A stretch of DNA of 64,000 nucleotides from Candidatus Krumholzibacteriota bacterium (GTDB taxonomy: Bacteria > Krumholzibacteriota > Krumholzibacteriia > JAJRXK01): contig CAVSGG010000006.1 of NCBI GenBank assembly GCA_963727455.1, positions 96,001 to 160,000 of the forward strand, written 5' to 3'. Shown piece after piece: positions 55,001 to 64,000 of this stretch; position 1 is the stretch's first letter, and the number at the start of each line of letters is the position of its first letter. Both the position numbers and the translations under genes were made by a program. Under the pieces are notes generated by a model. It worked only from the letters and a program-made list of their open reading frames with translations. It did not search any database and was not told the origin of the DNA.

Positions 55001-56569
55001 AGCTACTCTATCTATCTAAGGCGGCGAATCGAAGACGAGGACTTGGGTAGAGTGGCGCACACGGTCGGAGTCGACCTCACTCTTTTCGACGGGGCATGGG
55101 CCGTGGTCAGCAGCCGCGACGACCTCTTCAAGGCAGGCTTGATCGTGCCGGTTCTTCCCGCCGACGCGCAGCGTCTTTTGCGGCGAGGGGGAAGTCCTCG
55201 ATATGTTACCACCGAGCCGGGCCAAGGTTTGGTCGTGGCGCGGGCCTACACCATCGTACCCGGGCCGGGAGAGCAACGCCGTGGAGTTCTGGCGGGGCGC
55301 CTCTTCACCCAGGCCACAGTGGCCGCCCTGGAACAGCGGCGCAGCTATCTCTTTCTCTTCGGGCTCTCCTCTTTGGCCTTTCTTTTGGCAACCGCGGCCG
55401 GTCTTTACCTGGCCGCGCGTACCGTCAATCCGATTTTGGTGCTCCTGGGAGCGACGCGCAGAGTGGGTGCGGGAGAACTCGACGTGCGCCTACCGGAGAA
55501 GGGCGACGACGAGATCGGGGAACTCACTCATTCTTTCAATCTGATGACCCGCGATCTCGAGCAGAGCCAGCGCAGTCTGGCCGCGCGCCGGTCCTTCCTC
55601 GAAGCCATGCTGGGAGGTTTGAGCGCAGGAGTGCTCGTTCTCGACCCCGAGTTCGAAGTGGTCGAATCCAATCCAGCCGCGCGCAAGCTCGGGGAAAACG
55701 AGACTCACGAGCTTCTGACCCAACTCAAGGCGCAGGATCTCTCTCAGCAGACGAATAGCACCGAGGTCGTTCTCACCGGCGAAGAAACTCCGCGGACCTT
55801 GCGGGCTGTCATTTCGCCCATCCAGCTCGAAGCGGACAAACCCGGATGGCTGCTACTCTTCGATGATGTGACCGAGTTGCTCTCGAGCCGCCGTCTCGCG
55901 CTCTACGCGGAAATGGCGCGCCAAGTGGCGCACGAGGTAAAGAACCCCCTGACCCCCATTCAGCTCGCGGCGCAGATGGTGCGTCAGGCGTGTCACGACG
56001 AGCACCCCAGGAAAGAACAGATTGTCGACGACAGCGTCGAACAAATCGAGAGGCAGGTGCAACGCCTGCGCGAGATTGCTTCGGAATTCAGTTTGCTCGG
56101 TCGCCCCGATTTGCCCGAACTGGTGGCGGTCGAGCTCGGCGAGCTCCTCCAAGAGGTACAACTTCTCTATCCCTCGCCAGACCGGCGCCTCGAGCTGCGC
56201 ATTCACGGGGGCGAGGGGGTCCATGTGCTCGCGAACCGAGAGGCAATGCTGAAAATCCTCACGAACCTGGTGGAGAACGCCTGGCAGGCCATGGGAGGGA
56301 CCGGAACGGTCGAGATCACCGCCTCGGTGGAGGGGGAAAGAGTGCAGCTGAGAGTGGTGGACGAGGGCCCCGGCATCTCTCCCGAGGCCGAGGGGCGCCT
56401 CTTCGAAGCCTATTTTTCCACCAAGAGTTACGGCACGGGTCTGGGGCTGGTCATCTGCCGGAATCTCACCGAAAAGATGGGTGGACGCATCCATCTGGCC
56501 AATCGGAGCGATCATCGCGGCGCGAGCGCGGTGGTGGAGCTGCCACGCTACCATCCCACGAATTCGTAG
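52010..56569 (+). CDS. Very large multi-TM sensor histidine kinase (NtrY-like HAMP-PAS-HisKA-HATPase C-terminus)
   Basis: DEIGELTHSFNLMT (HAMP), NPAARK (PAS), AHEVKNPLTPIQL (H box), NLVENA, DEGPGI, YFSTK, GTGLGL; >1100-aa N-terminal membrane/periplasmic region. Confidence 0.9.
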   Translation: MVRNFPLWVVLALGALLLSTTGEAVVWPSAALILTTCALLSWMRTRKLVSKGTTLFRLALVVLLVAASLMGLRLSKVASRQDGVWLRLARTRLDGGAEKVRSSLLLLEQNARQRAHEALLPNADLELLSRPLRLASSDLEIGISRWENGQIIDWAGQVPGPERVAPGPRPLLVDHGFRRYLTVSAQDDEGRVAYVDVSLGITRELFPRLGVGVDPGQVLSGKTGLKVSLRAVRPKPEEITGSLERVVAVPEKDPWAWVILTAPGAREERRMVLEREGRLLALLLLAAFLLATTLAWRGWSGRRVNRRSVATAALLALLVVMFRFGIERAQVLPLAFTSEHGLMHWLLEPAYFATTWGFGFLRSVLDFFLTSMALALVLLLLLPSWLYFLREGEARARRWAGAILLLLFSGGAMAWVFTLQRVVAQNANPKLIGLDAPFFTLPFQVLHWAMLLALLAPVGFVFLGWERWLRSLRSRQLLALGAGLLLGVAVLLFGGGSSRAFWAFLLPIVAVSVSRAMQHPSFSVRVVAALALILWLSATQAEGLRQVYRGLKESVATERALDRLHPRDNWRRVLVEELLRELSQNMAQLRQLADPNLDRSNAAFELWASSSSLSALGYGSHIVLLDAAGKVLSDFDLGLPYQAQPVVMPTTRPTGAEPFGVKTVQVQSARGTFLVYRGWLDLKYYIPNGDASWLRVDLPYGTTDPAAPIDFKPTGGPSALGFATGRDLLSPRQEFEQPVIMGRMGEKTVIAATDPVLVGLPVSSLAQDGSWHRVWRKGTPYQAKIVGEGGEQLVVAFALPTANERLLDATRLVALYLVAGALGLMCLLFLVALRPGSSRWPASLGRLGYQERLLGAMVVLVLLPVIVFGVFQSRRASANLRRSNMEEVTRRLDTALRLLANGLDDALRIRLDTGPVHDLLTTGKLGEENETAGDERDQVTVFDPSGEMIYDESHRELAPTQKHRLLQLLSGAVLVLEDDSTGWYLGRLYHEPGAESQSYSIYLRRRIEDEDLGRVAHTVGVDLTLFDGAWAVVSSRDDLFKAGLIVPVLPADAQRLLRRGGSPRYVTTEPGQGLVVARAYTIVPGPGEQRRGVLAGRLFTQATVAALEQRRSYLFLFGLSSLAFLLATAAGLYLAARTVNPILVLLGATRRVGAGELDVRLPEKGDDEIGELTHSFNLMTRDLEQSQRSLAARRSFLEAMLGGLSAGVLVLDPEFEVVESNPAARKLGENETHELLTQLKAQDLSQQTNSTEVVLTGEETPRTLRAVISPIQLEADKPGWLLLFDDVTELLSSRRLALYAEMARQVAHEVKNPLTPIQLAAQMVRQACHDEHPRKEQIVDDSVEQIERQVQRLREIASEFSLLGRPDLPELVAVELGELLQEVQLLYPSPDRRLELRIHGGEGVHVLANREAMLKILTNLVENAWQAMGGTGTVEITASVEGERVQLRVVDEGPGISPEAEGRLFEAYFSTKSYGTGLGLVICRNLTEKMGGRIHLANRSDHRGASAVVELPRYHPTNS

Positions 56570-56670
56570 GGGTTGGCCGGAACAGGCGGTCCTTCGTAAG
56601 GGTATGGAGAGGGGATGTCCCCTCACATCGACCCAAATCCCCTGAGTTCGGCGCCCCCCGGGAGTCCACG

Positions 56671-57384
56671 ATGTCTCGAATCTCCGCTTCGCGAGCGCTC
56701 TTTTTGCCGGCGATCGCCTGCCTGCTCGGGCTGCTCTTGGCCTCCACCCGGGCCGAAGCCAGTAGCGATCCCTCGGCCCCGGAGCATCTGGGAGAGTTTA
56801 CCGTGGCGCGCCTGCACTACACCGGGGGAGGAGATTGGTACTCCGATCCCAGTTCGCTGCCGAATCTGCTGGAGCAACTGCAGCTGCGCACGGGTCTGCC
56901 GACAGCCCGCGAGGACGTGGCAGTCACCCTGGATGACGAGCGGCTCTACTCGCATCCTTTCCTCTACGCCACCGGCCACGGCACCATCGCGCTCTCCCCA
57001 CAGGACCTCGCCCGTCTCCGCCGCTATCTGGATGCGGGAGGTTTTTGGTGGGTCGACGACAACTACGGTTTCGATCGCTCTTTTCGCCGGACGGTGTCTC
57101 AGCTCTATCCTGACGACGAGCTGGTGCCTTTGAGCAGCAACCATCCTATCTATCGCGCCTATTACTCACTGCCTGGTTTGCCGAAGATCCACTATCACGA
57201 CGGCGATCCGGCACAGGGCTTCGGCCTCTTTCGCAACGGGAGAATGGTGATCTTCTACAGCTGGAGCAGCGACATCGGAGATGGTCTGGAAGATCCCAGC
57301 GTGCATGGAGATCCCGCGAACCTGCGCGAAGCCGCGATGAAGATGGCCATCAACGTCTGCATCTACGCCTTGACCCAGCCCTAG
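56671..57384 (+). CDS. DUF4159 family exported protein
   Basis: ARLHYTGGGDWYSDPSSLPNL, PFLYATGHG, GGFWWVDDNYG, GLPKIH, DIGDGLED, MAINVCIYALT. Confidence 0.9.
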   Translation: MSRISASRALFLPAIACLLGLLLASTRAEASSDPSAPEHLGEFTVARLHYTGGGDWYSDPSSLPNLLEQLQLRTGLPTAREDVAVTLDDERLYSHPFLYATGHGTIALSPQDLARLRRYLDAGGFWWVDDNYGFDRSFRRTVSQLYPDDELVPLSSNHPIYRAYYSLPGLPKIHYHDGDPAQGFGLFRNGRMVIFYSWSSDIGDGLEDPSVHGDPANLREAAMKMAINVCIYALTQP

Positions 57385-57390
57385 GAGCGC

Positions 57391-60300
57391 ATGTTTGCGA
57401 TGAAGACGACGACCGCACAGAGTGTCAGCTCCACCCGTCTCAAGGCCCGCCTTCGAGCCGAGCTGAAGCGACTACGCCTGCGCATCCTCGGCAACGGCTT
57501 CTTGATGCTGCTGGGAAGCGCGGGGCTGGTCTTGGCGGCCACGGTCTTGGCCTTTCCCCTCTGGTCGAAAGCGGGGCCCGGGGCCGCGGGTATCTGGTGG
57601 ACAGTGCTGCTCCTCGCCCTGATCTGGGTGGCAGTAGTTGGAGTCCTCGCTCCGCTGCGCCGCCTCGCCAACTTACGCGCGTTCAGCCGACAGCTCGAGC
57701 ACCACGGGAGCTACGCAAACCTGCTGGAGACGGCTACCCAATTCAGTTCCTCGCGGGCGGAGGATCCCCTCGCAAGCGGCGCTTCTTCGGAACTGGTCGA
57801 GGAAATCTTGCGGCGCGCGTGCCTCAAGGCGGAGGCGACAGCGCTCGCACCGCAGATTCCATTGCTCGGCGTGGGCAGGCACACCCTGCTCGCTCTCTTG
57901 GCCCTGGGCCTTTGGTTCGTTCTGGCCATCACCTCCCCGGCGCGCATCGCTGATTCCATGCGAGCACTCACTCAGCCGGAGCGCCTGGCGAAGCGTCCTC
58001 CGGAAAGCGGACTCTACACCGTGTCCGGCGACCTCGCTCTGCCGGTGGGCGCCACTGCGGACCTGCGCGCGCGCGACCTCATCGGCGGCAAGGAGCCGGT
58101 GGTCCTGCAGGTTTCCTACACGGGTGATTACTGGCAGGACTTGCCCACCAAGGACCTCACGCCCGATCCAACGCGAAGCCCGTACCTGGAGATTCACGCC
58201 GCAGTGCAGCAGGTGGAGGATCCCTTCCGCTATCGCTTCCGCAAGGGGACCCTCTTCACGAGAGCGCACGAAGTGCGCATCGTGGAGCGCCCTGTGGTGC
58301 GCAATCTCGCCGCGCGCATGATTCCCCCGGCGTATACCGGCTTGGCCACGACGCAGCAGGACGATCTGGGGGGCACCACCACCGTGCTCAGCGGCACTAC
58401 CGTGATTCTGGAGGGGCGGGCGAGTGTAGCTCTGGGCAGCGCGACTCGCATCATGGAAGGCAAGGGCGGAGAAATTCCCTTTGCGCTCAACGGCGCCGAG
58501 TTCAGCGATACCCTGCGGGTGGACCAAGACCTCGCCTTCTCAATCGCGTTGAAGGGGAAGGAGGGCATCGCCGGAGATTCGGCGATCCTCTACCGCTTCA
58601 ATGCCATCGCGGATGAACCGCCCAGCGTGCGTCTGACTGCTCCCGCTCCCGAATATTCTCTCGACCGGGACCTCATGGTGCAAGTCGAGGGTTTGGCGGC
58701 CGACGACGTCGGACTGCACCAGGTCGATCTCCTCTACAAGACCCCCGAGGACCAGGACTGGCGGCGCGCGCATCTGGTGGAGGATGCTCAACCGAAAGTA
58801 AGCAACGATGCGATCACCGATCTGCAAATCGACGCGGGAGAGAAGGAGCTCGCTCTGGCATTCACCTGGCACCTGGGTGACGTGCACCTCTTTCCCGGTG
58901 ATTTTCTGAGTTACTGTCTCGAGGCCGTCGATAACGACGCGCTGGTGGGTGGACAGCGAACGAAGAGCCTGGTGCAGCACCTGCGCCTGCCCACCGTGTC
59001 CGAGGTTCTCAAGAACCAACGGGGTGAGCGTAGCCAGCAAAACGACCAGCTGAAGGGAATGCTGGATGAGGGCGAGCAACTGCAACAGAACCTGGACCGG
59101 CTTCGCCGCGAGCTTCTGAAGAACCCCAAACCCGATTGGACCAAACAGCAGGAGATCGAGAAGGCGCTCGAGGACCAGAAGGCGTTCCAGGAGAAGGCGC
59201 TGAAGGCGGCCGAGCGCATGAACGCCATGCTCGAGGAGTTTCAGAAGAACAACTCGGGAAGTCTCGAGATGTTGCAGAAGATGGAGACCATTCAGGAGTT
59301 GCTGGAGAAACTGAAGGACGCCAACCTCGACAGCTATTTGAAGGCGATGAAGGAAGCGATGGACAAGCTTTCGCCTTCACAGATGCAACAGGCGATGGAG
59401 GATGCCGCCACCGCGCAAGAGGAGTGGAACCGTCGACTGGACCGCAGCATCGAATTGCTGCGCAAACTCGAACGTGAACACACGATGGACGAATTGATGG
59501 AGGAGACGGCCGAGGCGCTCTCCCGTCAGGAGGAACTCCAGCGCGCGCTGGACAAGAAGGCCGATTCAAAGGAGCAGGGCAAATCCTCCCGGCAAGATTC
59601 GCTCGGCACGAAAACCGCCCCTCCGAAGTCGGAATCCGAATCCGAGAACGACAAGTCCGCGCAGATGAGCCCGGAGGAGGTCGCGCGTCTGCAGAAGAAG
59701 CTCGCCGAACAGACCGAGGCTCTGGAAAAGAGACTCCAAGAGGAACTGCAAAAGCTGGAAGAACAGAGAGAGTCGGGAAAGGCAGACGATCCCTCGTCCA
59801 AGGAGATGCAGGACGCGCTGCAGGACGCTCAGAAGCAGATGAATCAGGAGGGTAAGGCTTCCGACTCCATGAAGGACGCCGGCGATCAGCTCCAAGAGCA
59901 GGACTCCCAGAAGGTCACGAAGGAGATGCAGGAGGCGATGGATCGACTCATCAGCCTCTACAAGGTCCTGTCCGAGGGCAAAGGCAATATGACGATAGCG
60001 AACAAGAGTTTCGCGATCGAGAAACTACAACAGACCGCCTACGACCTGCTCCGCGTCAGTTTCGAGGAAGAGCAAGTGGTAAGGCTGCTGGACGGTGGAG
60101 TCAGGGACCAACGCGTGCGCCCCATCACTCGCCAACAGGCGCGCCTCACGCGCGGAACTTCCAAACTCTCGGACGACCTGAACGAGCTTGGCAAAAAGAA
60201 CTTCCTCATCGGCGAGAAGCTTCTGCAAAGCATGCGCGACCTGGTGGAGACCATGGAAGCTTCGACCCACCAGCTGGAGTATTCGAGGCCGCAACGCGCC

Positions 60301-60954
60301 CACCAAGAAGCCGAAACTTCGATGGGAATGATGAACAAGATCGTAATCGGTCTATTAACCGCGGCCGAGCAGCAGGGAAAGGGCTCTGGTAGCGGGTCCA
60401 GCCAGTCTCAGCAGATGAAGCAGATGGCGGGCGATCAATCGCGTCTCAACTCCATTACGAAGGAGCTTCAGGAGCGGATGGGACAGGGGGGACTCAGCCC
60501 GGAGGAGATAGGCCGTCTCGCCCAGCTGCGTGCCATGCAGGAGCAGATTCGGCGACAGCTCGACGAGCTGCGCAAGTCACTCGACGACAAACGCCGCGTG
60601 CTGGGAGACCTCGATCAGCTCTCGGACGAGATGGAGCGCTCCGCACGGGATCTACAGTCCGGACGGCTCGATGCGAACACCCGGCAACGCCAGGATCGAA
60701 TTCTTTCCCGGCTCTTGGACGCCGAGCGCTCGGTGCGTGAAAGGGACTTTGCGAAGCGCCGCGAATCGAAATCGGCGGAGCAGCTCTATCAACAGCAGGA
60801 AGGCACTCAGTTCTCCGAAGGACGTGAGGATCGCAAGCGCGAGCTGCGGCGCTGGCTCGCGCCTGACGCGGCGCCCCGCGAGTACCAGGACGAAGTGCGG
60901 CGTTATTTCCGGCGCATCCAGGACGAACTCTCGGCCAAGGAAGAAACGAAATGA
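57391..60954 (+). CDS. DUF4175-like membrane protein: N-terminal TMs, Ig-like domains, long Q/E/K-rich coiled coil
   Basis: PPAYTG, DEPPSVRL, DDVGL, EAVDND, RQDRILSRLLDAERSVRERD, EYQDEVRRYF. Confidence 0.82.
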   Translation: MFAMKTTTAQSVSSTRLKARLRAELKRLRLRILGNGFLMLLGSAGLVLAATVLAFPLWSKAGPGAAGIWWTVLLLALIWVAVVGVLAPLRRLANLRAFSRQLEHHGSYANLLETATQFSSSRAEDPLASGASSELVEEILRRACLKAEATALAPQIPLLGVGRHTLLALLALGLWFVLAITSPARIADSMRALTQPERLAKRPPESGLYTVSGDLALPVGATADLRARDLIGGKEPVVLQVSYTGDYWQDLPTKDLTPDPTRSPYLEIHAAVQQVEDPFRYRFRKGTLFTRAHEVRIVERPVVRNLAARMIPPAYTGLATTQQDDLGGTTTVLSGTTVILEGRASVALGSATRIMEGKGGEIPFALNGAEFSDTLRVDQDLAFSIALKGKEGIAGDSAILYRFNAIADEPPSVRLTAPAPEYSLDRDLMVQVEGLAADDVGLHQVDLLYKTPEDQDWRRAHLVEDAQPKVSNDAITDLQIDAGEKELALAFTWHLGDVHLFPGDFLSYCLEAVDNDALVGGQRTKSLVQHLRLPTVSEVLKNQRGERSQQNDQLKGMLDEGEQLQQNLDRLRRELLKNPKPDWTKQQEIEKALEDQKAFQEKALKAAERMNAMLEEFQKNNSGSLEMLQKMETIQELLEKLKDANLDSYLKAMKEAMDKLSPSQMQQAMEDAATAQEEWNRRLDRSIELLRKLEREHTMDELMEETAEALSRQEELQRALDKKADSKEQGKSSRQDSLGTKTAPPKSESESENDKSAQMSPEEVARLQKKLAEQTEALEKRLQEELQKLEEQRESGKADDPSSKEMQDALQDAQKQMNQEGKASDSMKDAGDQLQEQDSQKVTKEMQEAMDRLISLYKVLSEGKGNMTIANKSFAIEKLQQTAYDLLRVSFEEEQVVRLLDGGVRDQRVRPITRQQARLTRGTSKLSDDLNELGKKNFLIGEKLLQSMRDLVETMEASTHQLEYSRPQRAHQEAETSMGMMNKIVIGLLTAAEQQGKGSGSGSSQSQQMKQMAGDQSRLNSITKELQERMGQGGLSPEEIGRLAQLRAMQEQIRRQLDELRKSLDDKRRVLGDLDQLSDEMERSARDLQSGRLDANTRQRQDRILSRLLDAERSVRERDFAKRRESKSAEQLYQQQEGTQFSEGREDRKRELRRWLAPDAAPREYQDEVRRYFRRIQDELSAKEETK

Positions 60955-62921
60955 GATTCCCGAACGCAGTTTTCTTCCTCGGGGTCTGTTTCTTTGCCGC
61001 ACCCGTCGCTGCCGCTCGAGCCCAGGACGACGCTCGCAGCGCTCCCCAAATTCTGCAGGAGGCGCCCGCCGACAGCAGTGGAAGCTCGATTCGACAGCTG
61101 AGAGCTCTCCAGAACGCGAAGTTACTCGCGGCCCGTGGTCGCTCCGATGAAGCGATTGCACAGTTGGAGAGCTACCTCAAACAGAACGGGGACGATCCTA
61201 CCATCGTGCGCGAGTTGGTCGGCCTGTACCAAGATGCGCGTCGCTTCAGTGAGCTGGAAAAGCTCCTGAAAAGTCAGCTCGCTCAGAGCGGGGGGGTGGA
61301 CGTCGGCACGCTGCGGCTCTTGGCACAGGCTCAGTTCGAATTGGGCAAGGACGACGAGGGGATCGCCAACCTGCGGAAAATCCTGAAGGCCCACGAGGGC
61401 GAGCCCTCCTACGCGCGCATGGTGGCGACGGTACTCGGTCGCTACAAGCACGACGATGACGCGCTCGCAGTGCTGCTTCAGGCCCGCAAACAGTCGCACG
61501 ATCCCAATGCTCTCGCGCAACAGCTCGGGTCGACCTACCTCCGCATGGGGAAGCCGGTGGAGGCGGTGGGCGAATATCTGCGAGTAATCCTGGACACTCC
61601 GATGAACGTGGAATTGATGCGCGCACAGATTCTAGACGTCAGAGACGCCCACCCGAAGGCGGCTCCCGCCATTCGCGCCACCTGCGAGAAGATCTACCAG
61701 GAGCATCCGGCCGTCCCGGAACTGGGTTTAGTGCTGGGAGAGTTGCGACAGCTAGACGGCGAGAGTCAGGCCGCATGGGAAGTGATCGAGCCTCTCTTGG
61801 ACATGAATCAGTTGAAGAGCGACCTCTTGCAAATGGCCCTCGCGGGCTTGGCCGAGAGCAGGCTACCTGCCAGTGATTCTAGCTCGAATTTGAAGCGGCT
61901 CCGTCTCAGCCAGAGAATTCTGGCCGGGCTTTTGTCGAAGGAGCGGCTACCCAGGACTTTGCAGCCGCGCGCGTTCGATGCCTTGACCCGTACCTGGATC
62001 GCGCTCTTGGCCAACTCCTCCTTCGACGAGCTGTCCAAGGCGGACCAGAAGCAGATCTTGAACGGAGCCAGGACAACGTTGCTCACGATGATGGAGCGCT
62101 TTCCCAACGACAAGCACACCACCGACTCACTCCTGCGCCTCGCGAGGGCCTACGTGGAACTTCTACACCAACCCGAGGATGCCATCGCCCTCTATCGACG
62201 CATCCAGATGAACCCCAACGTGAACGTCGACGACATGGAGACGGCGCGCGTCGGATTGGGACAGGCCTACATGGCGGCGGGCGACACCACCCAGGCACGC
62301 ACACTGTTCGAGACGATGGGTCGGGACATGAACTTCGTCGACGGCCAGGGTCGCGCTCACTTCCATCTGGGTCAGCTCGATTTCATGGGCGGGGAATTCG
62401 AGCGCGCCAAGGATCGCTTGCGCGCGGTGGCCTTCGAGGCGCCTTCGGCCTCCTATACCAATGACGCGCTCGACCTTGCGCTGCTCTTGGCCGAGGAGTC
62501 CATGGGGGACAATGACCAGGCCGGACTCAGGCGCTACGGACGCGCTCTTTACTTCAAAACGGTGGGGGAGAACGATTCGCTGCTGACTCAGTTGAAGATT
62601 CTCAGCGAGAAGAAGTCGCCTGTACTGAGGGCGCGAGCGCAGCTCGATCTGGCGCAGTACTGGTCGGATGCCGGCAAGACCGCGCGCGCCTTGGCCCAGG
62701 TCGACAGCCTTTTGTCTCAAGCACCGGATAGCCGTCTGGCACCTCGGGCGCTCGAACTCCAAGGCGATCTCCTTCTGCGCCAAGGCAAGAGCTCGCAGGC
62801 GCGAGCCGCTTACGCGCGTCTGCTCGAGAACTACGAGGACTACATCTTCATCGAAACGGTCCGCGACAAGATTCGCGGGATCGACGCCGCCAAGACAAAA
62901 GAAAAAGGGAATCTGCCATGA
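60951..62921 (+). CDS. Exported tetratricopeptide-repeat protein
   Basis: Signal peptide; repeated helical TPR-like pairs; NDALDL motif; ATGA overlaps at both ends. Confidence 0.85.
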   Translation: MRFPNAVFFLGVCFFAAPVAAARAQDDARSAPQILQEAPADSSGSSIRQLRALQNAKLLAARGRSDEAIAQLESYLKQNGDDPTIVRELVGLYQDARRFSELEKLLKSQLAQSGGVDVGTLRLLAQAQFELGKDDEGIANLRKILKAHEGEPSYARMVATVLGRYKHDDDALAVLLQARKQSHDPNALAQQLGSTYLRMGKPVEAVGEYLRVILDTPMNVELMRAQILDVRDAHPKAAPAIRATCEKIYQEHPAVPELGLVLGELRQLDGESQAAWEVIEPLLDMNQLKSDLLQMALAGLAESRLPASDSSSNLKRLRLSQRILAGLLSKERLPRTLQPRAFDALTRTWIALLANSSFDELSKADQKQILNGARTTLLTMMERFPNDKHTTDSLLRLARAYVELLHQPEDAIALYRRIQMNPNVNVDDMETARVGLGQAYMAAGDTTQARTLFETMGRDMNFVDGQGRAHFHLGQLDFMGGEFERAKDRLRAVAFEAPSASYTNDALDLALLLAEESMGDNDQAGLRRYGRALYFKTVGENDSLLTQLKILSEKKSPVLRARAQLDLAQYWSDAGKTARALAQVDSLLSQAPDSRLAPRALELQGDLLLRQGKSSQARAAYARLLENYEDYIFIETVRDKIRGIDAAKTKEKGNLP

Positions 62922-64000
62922 TCTCCAAGCTTCCGAGAGTTCGTTTCGTGCCAATGCTCGTGCTGGTGTTGTTGGTGTTGGCGATCGGCGTATCCGTCCG
63001 CGGAGTCGCTATCGCAAGCGACATACTCGTCCCCATGGATATGAAGCAGGAGAACCACCTCAAGGCCTACGGCTTGGCCTTCAAGGCGCTCAAGAAGCAT
63101 ATGCCGGTGAGCTGGCTGCTCAACTACCGTGGCGGCAGCTTCCTCATACCGAATGGCTCCGTATTGGAGCCACAAGCCCGACTCATGGGAGTCACCACCA
63201 CGCGAGTGAGCGCCGGCGAGGTGGCGCGTATCCGCGCGATCATCGCCAAGGAGAACATGGATGAAGTGCTGCTGGAAGTTCCACCGCGGATCGCGATCTA
63301 TGCGCCGCCCAACTTCCAGCCCTGGGATGACGCCGTAACCCTGGCCTTGAGCTACGCTGAAATCGACTTCGACACGGTGTTCGATTCGGAGGTTCTGGCG
63401 GGCAAGCTGAGCAACTATGACTGGTTGCATCTTCACCATGAGGACTTCACCGGGCAGTACGGCAAGTTCTACGGGTCTTTCAAGGATCAACCCTGGTACA
63501 AGCAACAGAAGAAGCTCTTCGAGACCATCGCTACCGCGCACGGTTTCAAGAGCGTGAGAGAGCTCAAGGGAGCAGTAGCTCTCACCATCAAGCAATTCGT
63601 GGTCAACGGCGGCTTTCTCTTCGCCATGTGTTCCGCCACCGACACCTTCGACATTGCCCTGGCCGGTCTCGGAGTGGATTTTGTCGATCGGCCCTTCGAC
63701 GGAACTCCGGTCGACCCGGATTACCGGAGTAAGCTCGACTTTTCTCGCTGCCTCGCCTTCGAGAATTTTACTCTTTACACCAACCCCCTGGAGTATGAAT
63801 TCAGCAACATCGACACTTCGAACTACGCGCGTCTGAGGGGGCCGGAGGCCGATTACTTCACCCTCTTCAATTTTGCCGCCAAGTACGATCCGGTGCCGAC
63901 CATGCTGACCCAGGACCACGTGAACGTGATCAACGGCTTCATGGGACAGACCACGGGTTTCAAAAAGGAACTGCTCAAGAAAAACGTGGTGATCCTGGCC
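62918..64000 (+). CDS. Exported class I glutamine-amidotransferase-like protein of the family often annotated 'asparagine synthetase B' (3'-partial)
   Basis: Absent from the ORF track because it runs off the window; my translation gives a signal peptide, ILVPMDMKQENHLKAYG, WLLNYRGGSF, QPWDDAVTLAL, DWLHLHHEDFTGQYGKF, GGFLFAMCSATD. Confidence 0.85.
   Translation, partial: MISKLPRVRFVPMLVLVLLVLAIGVSVRGVAIASDILVPMDMKQENHLKAYGLAFKALKKHMPVSWLLNYRGGSFLIPNGSVLEPQARLMGVTTTRVSAGEVARIRAIIAKENMDEVLLEVPPRIAIYAPPNFQPWDDAVTLALSYAEIDFDTVFDSEVLAGKLSNYDWLHLHHEDFTGQYGKFYGSFKDQPWYKQQKKLFETIATAHGFKSVRELKGAVALTIKQFVVNGGFLFAMCSATDTFDIALAGLGVDFVDRPFDGTPVDPDYRSKLDFSRCLAFENFTLYTNPLEYEFSNIDTSNYARLRGPEADYFTLFNFAAKYDPVPTMLTQDHVNVINGFMGQTTGFKKELLKKNVVILA

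Noticed and set aside
59000-60700. Q/E/K-rich low-complexity stretch as a possible tandem repeat
   Set aside because: Ordinary coiled-coil coding sequence of the DUF4175-like protein; no nucleotide-level repeat unit seen.
1-64000. Mobile elements, prophage, defence systems, rRNA/tRNA genes, recoding (selenocysteine or frameshift)
   Set aside because: No transposase, integrase, RT, nuclease-defence or phage structural motifs were recognised, and the called genes read through without internal stops. This was by eye only, so small elements could be missed.

Overview
GC-rich bacterial chromosomal segment with about 50 tightly packed CDSs. I see no rRNA, tRNA, CRISPR array, transposase, integrase or phage gene. 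The content points to a diderm of the FCB group, most plausibly Krumholzibacteriota/Latescibacterota/Eisenbacteria; this is an inference from many lipoproteins and OM beta-barrels, DUF4252/DUF4783/DUF4159/DUF4175-like genes, the 'asparagine synthetase B'-annotated family and S-W-G-x-I-K C-termini. The left part (1-30 kb) is mixed: Trx-NHL protein, OM barrels and lipoproteins, pepF, egtD, an ECF sigma/anti-sigma/DUF4252 operon with its own ECF promoter, several peptidases, MoxR-DUF58-BatA/vWA, two paralogous secreted proteins, and a NUDIX/eIF2B-like fusion. The right part (30-64 kb) is a co-directional housekeeping and envelope run: cysteine desulfurase, mfd, two PpiC/SurA-like chaperones, ftsEX-envC, holB, tatD, rsmA, a 722-aa OM barrel plus two NTF2-like lipoproteins, a YibQ-type deacetylase, secDF, a ~1520-aa sensor kinase, and DUF4159-DUF4175-TPR-GATase-like genes. 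Best leads: (i) a shared C-terminal [SP]-[WF]-G-x-[IL]-[KR]-x-x-[YFL] motif on three exported proteins, one encoded beside an unknown OM barrel, suggesting an undescribed sorting system; (ii) two promoter-associated, highly structured intergenic regions (about 10130-10392 and 42530-42718) matching no RNA family I recognise; (iii) an alkaline-phosphatase-superfamily lipoprotein that appears to have lost its catalytic ligands. All family calls are by eye; no searches were run.
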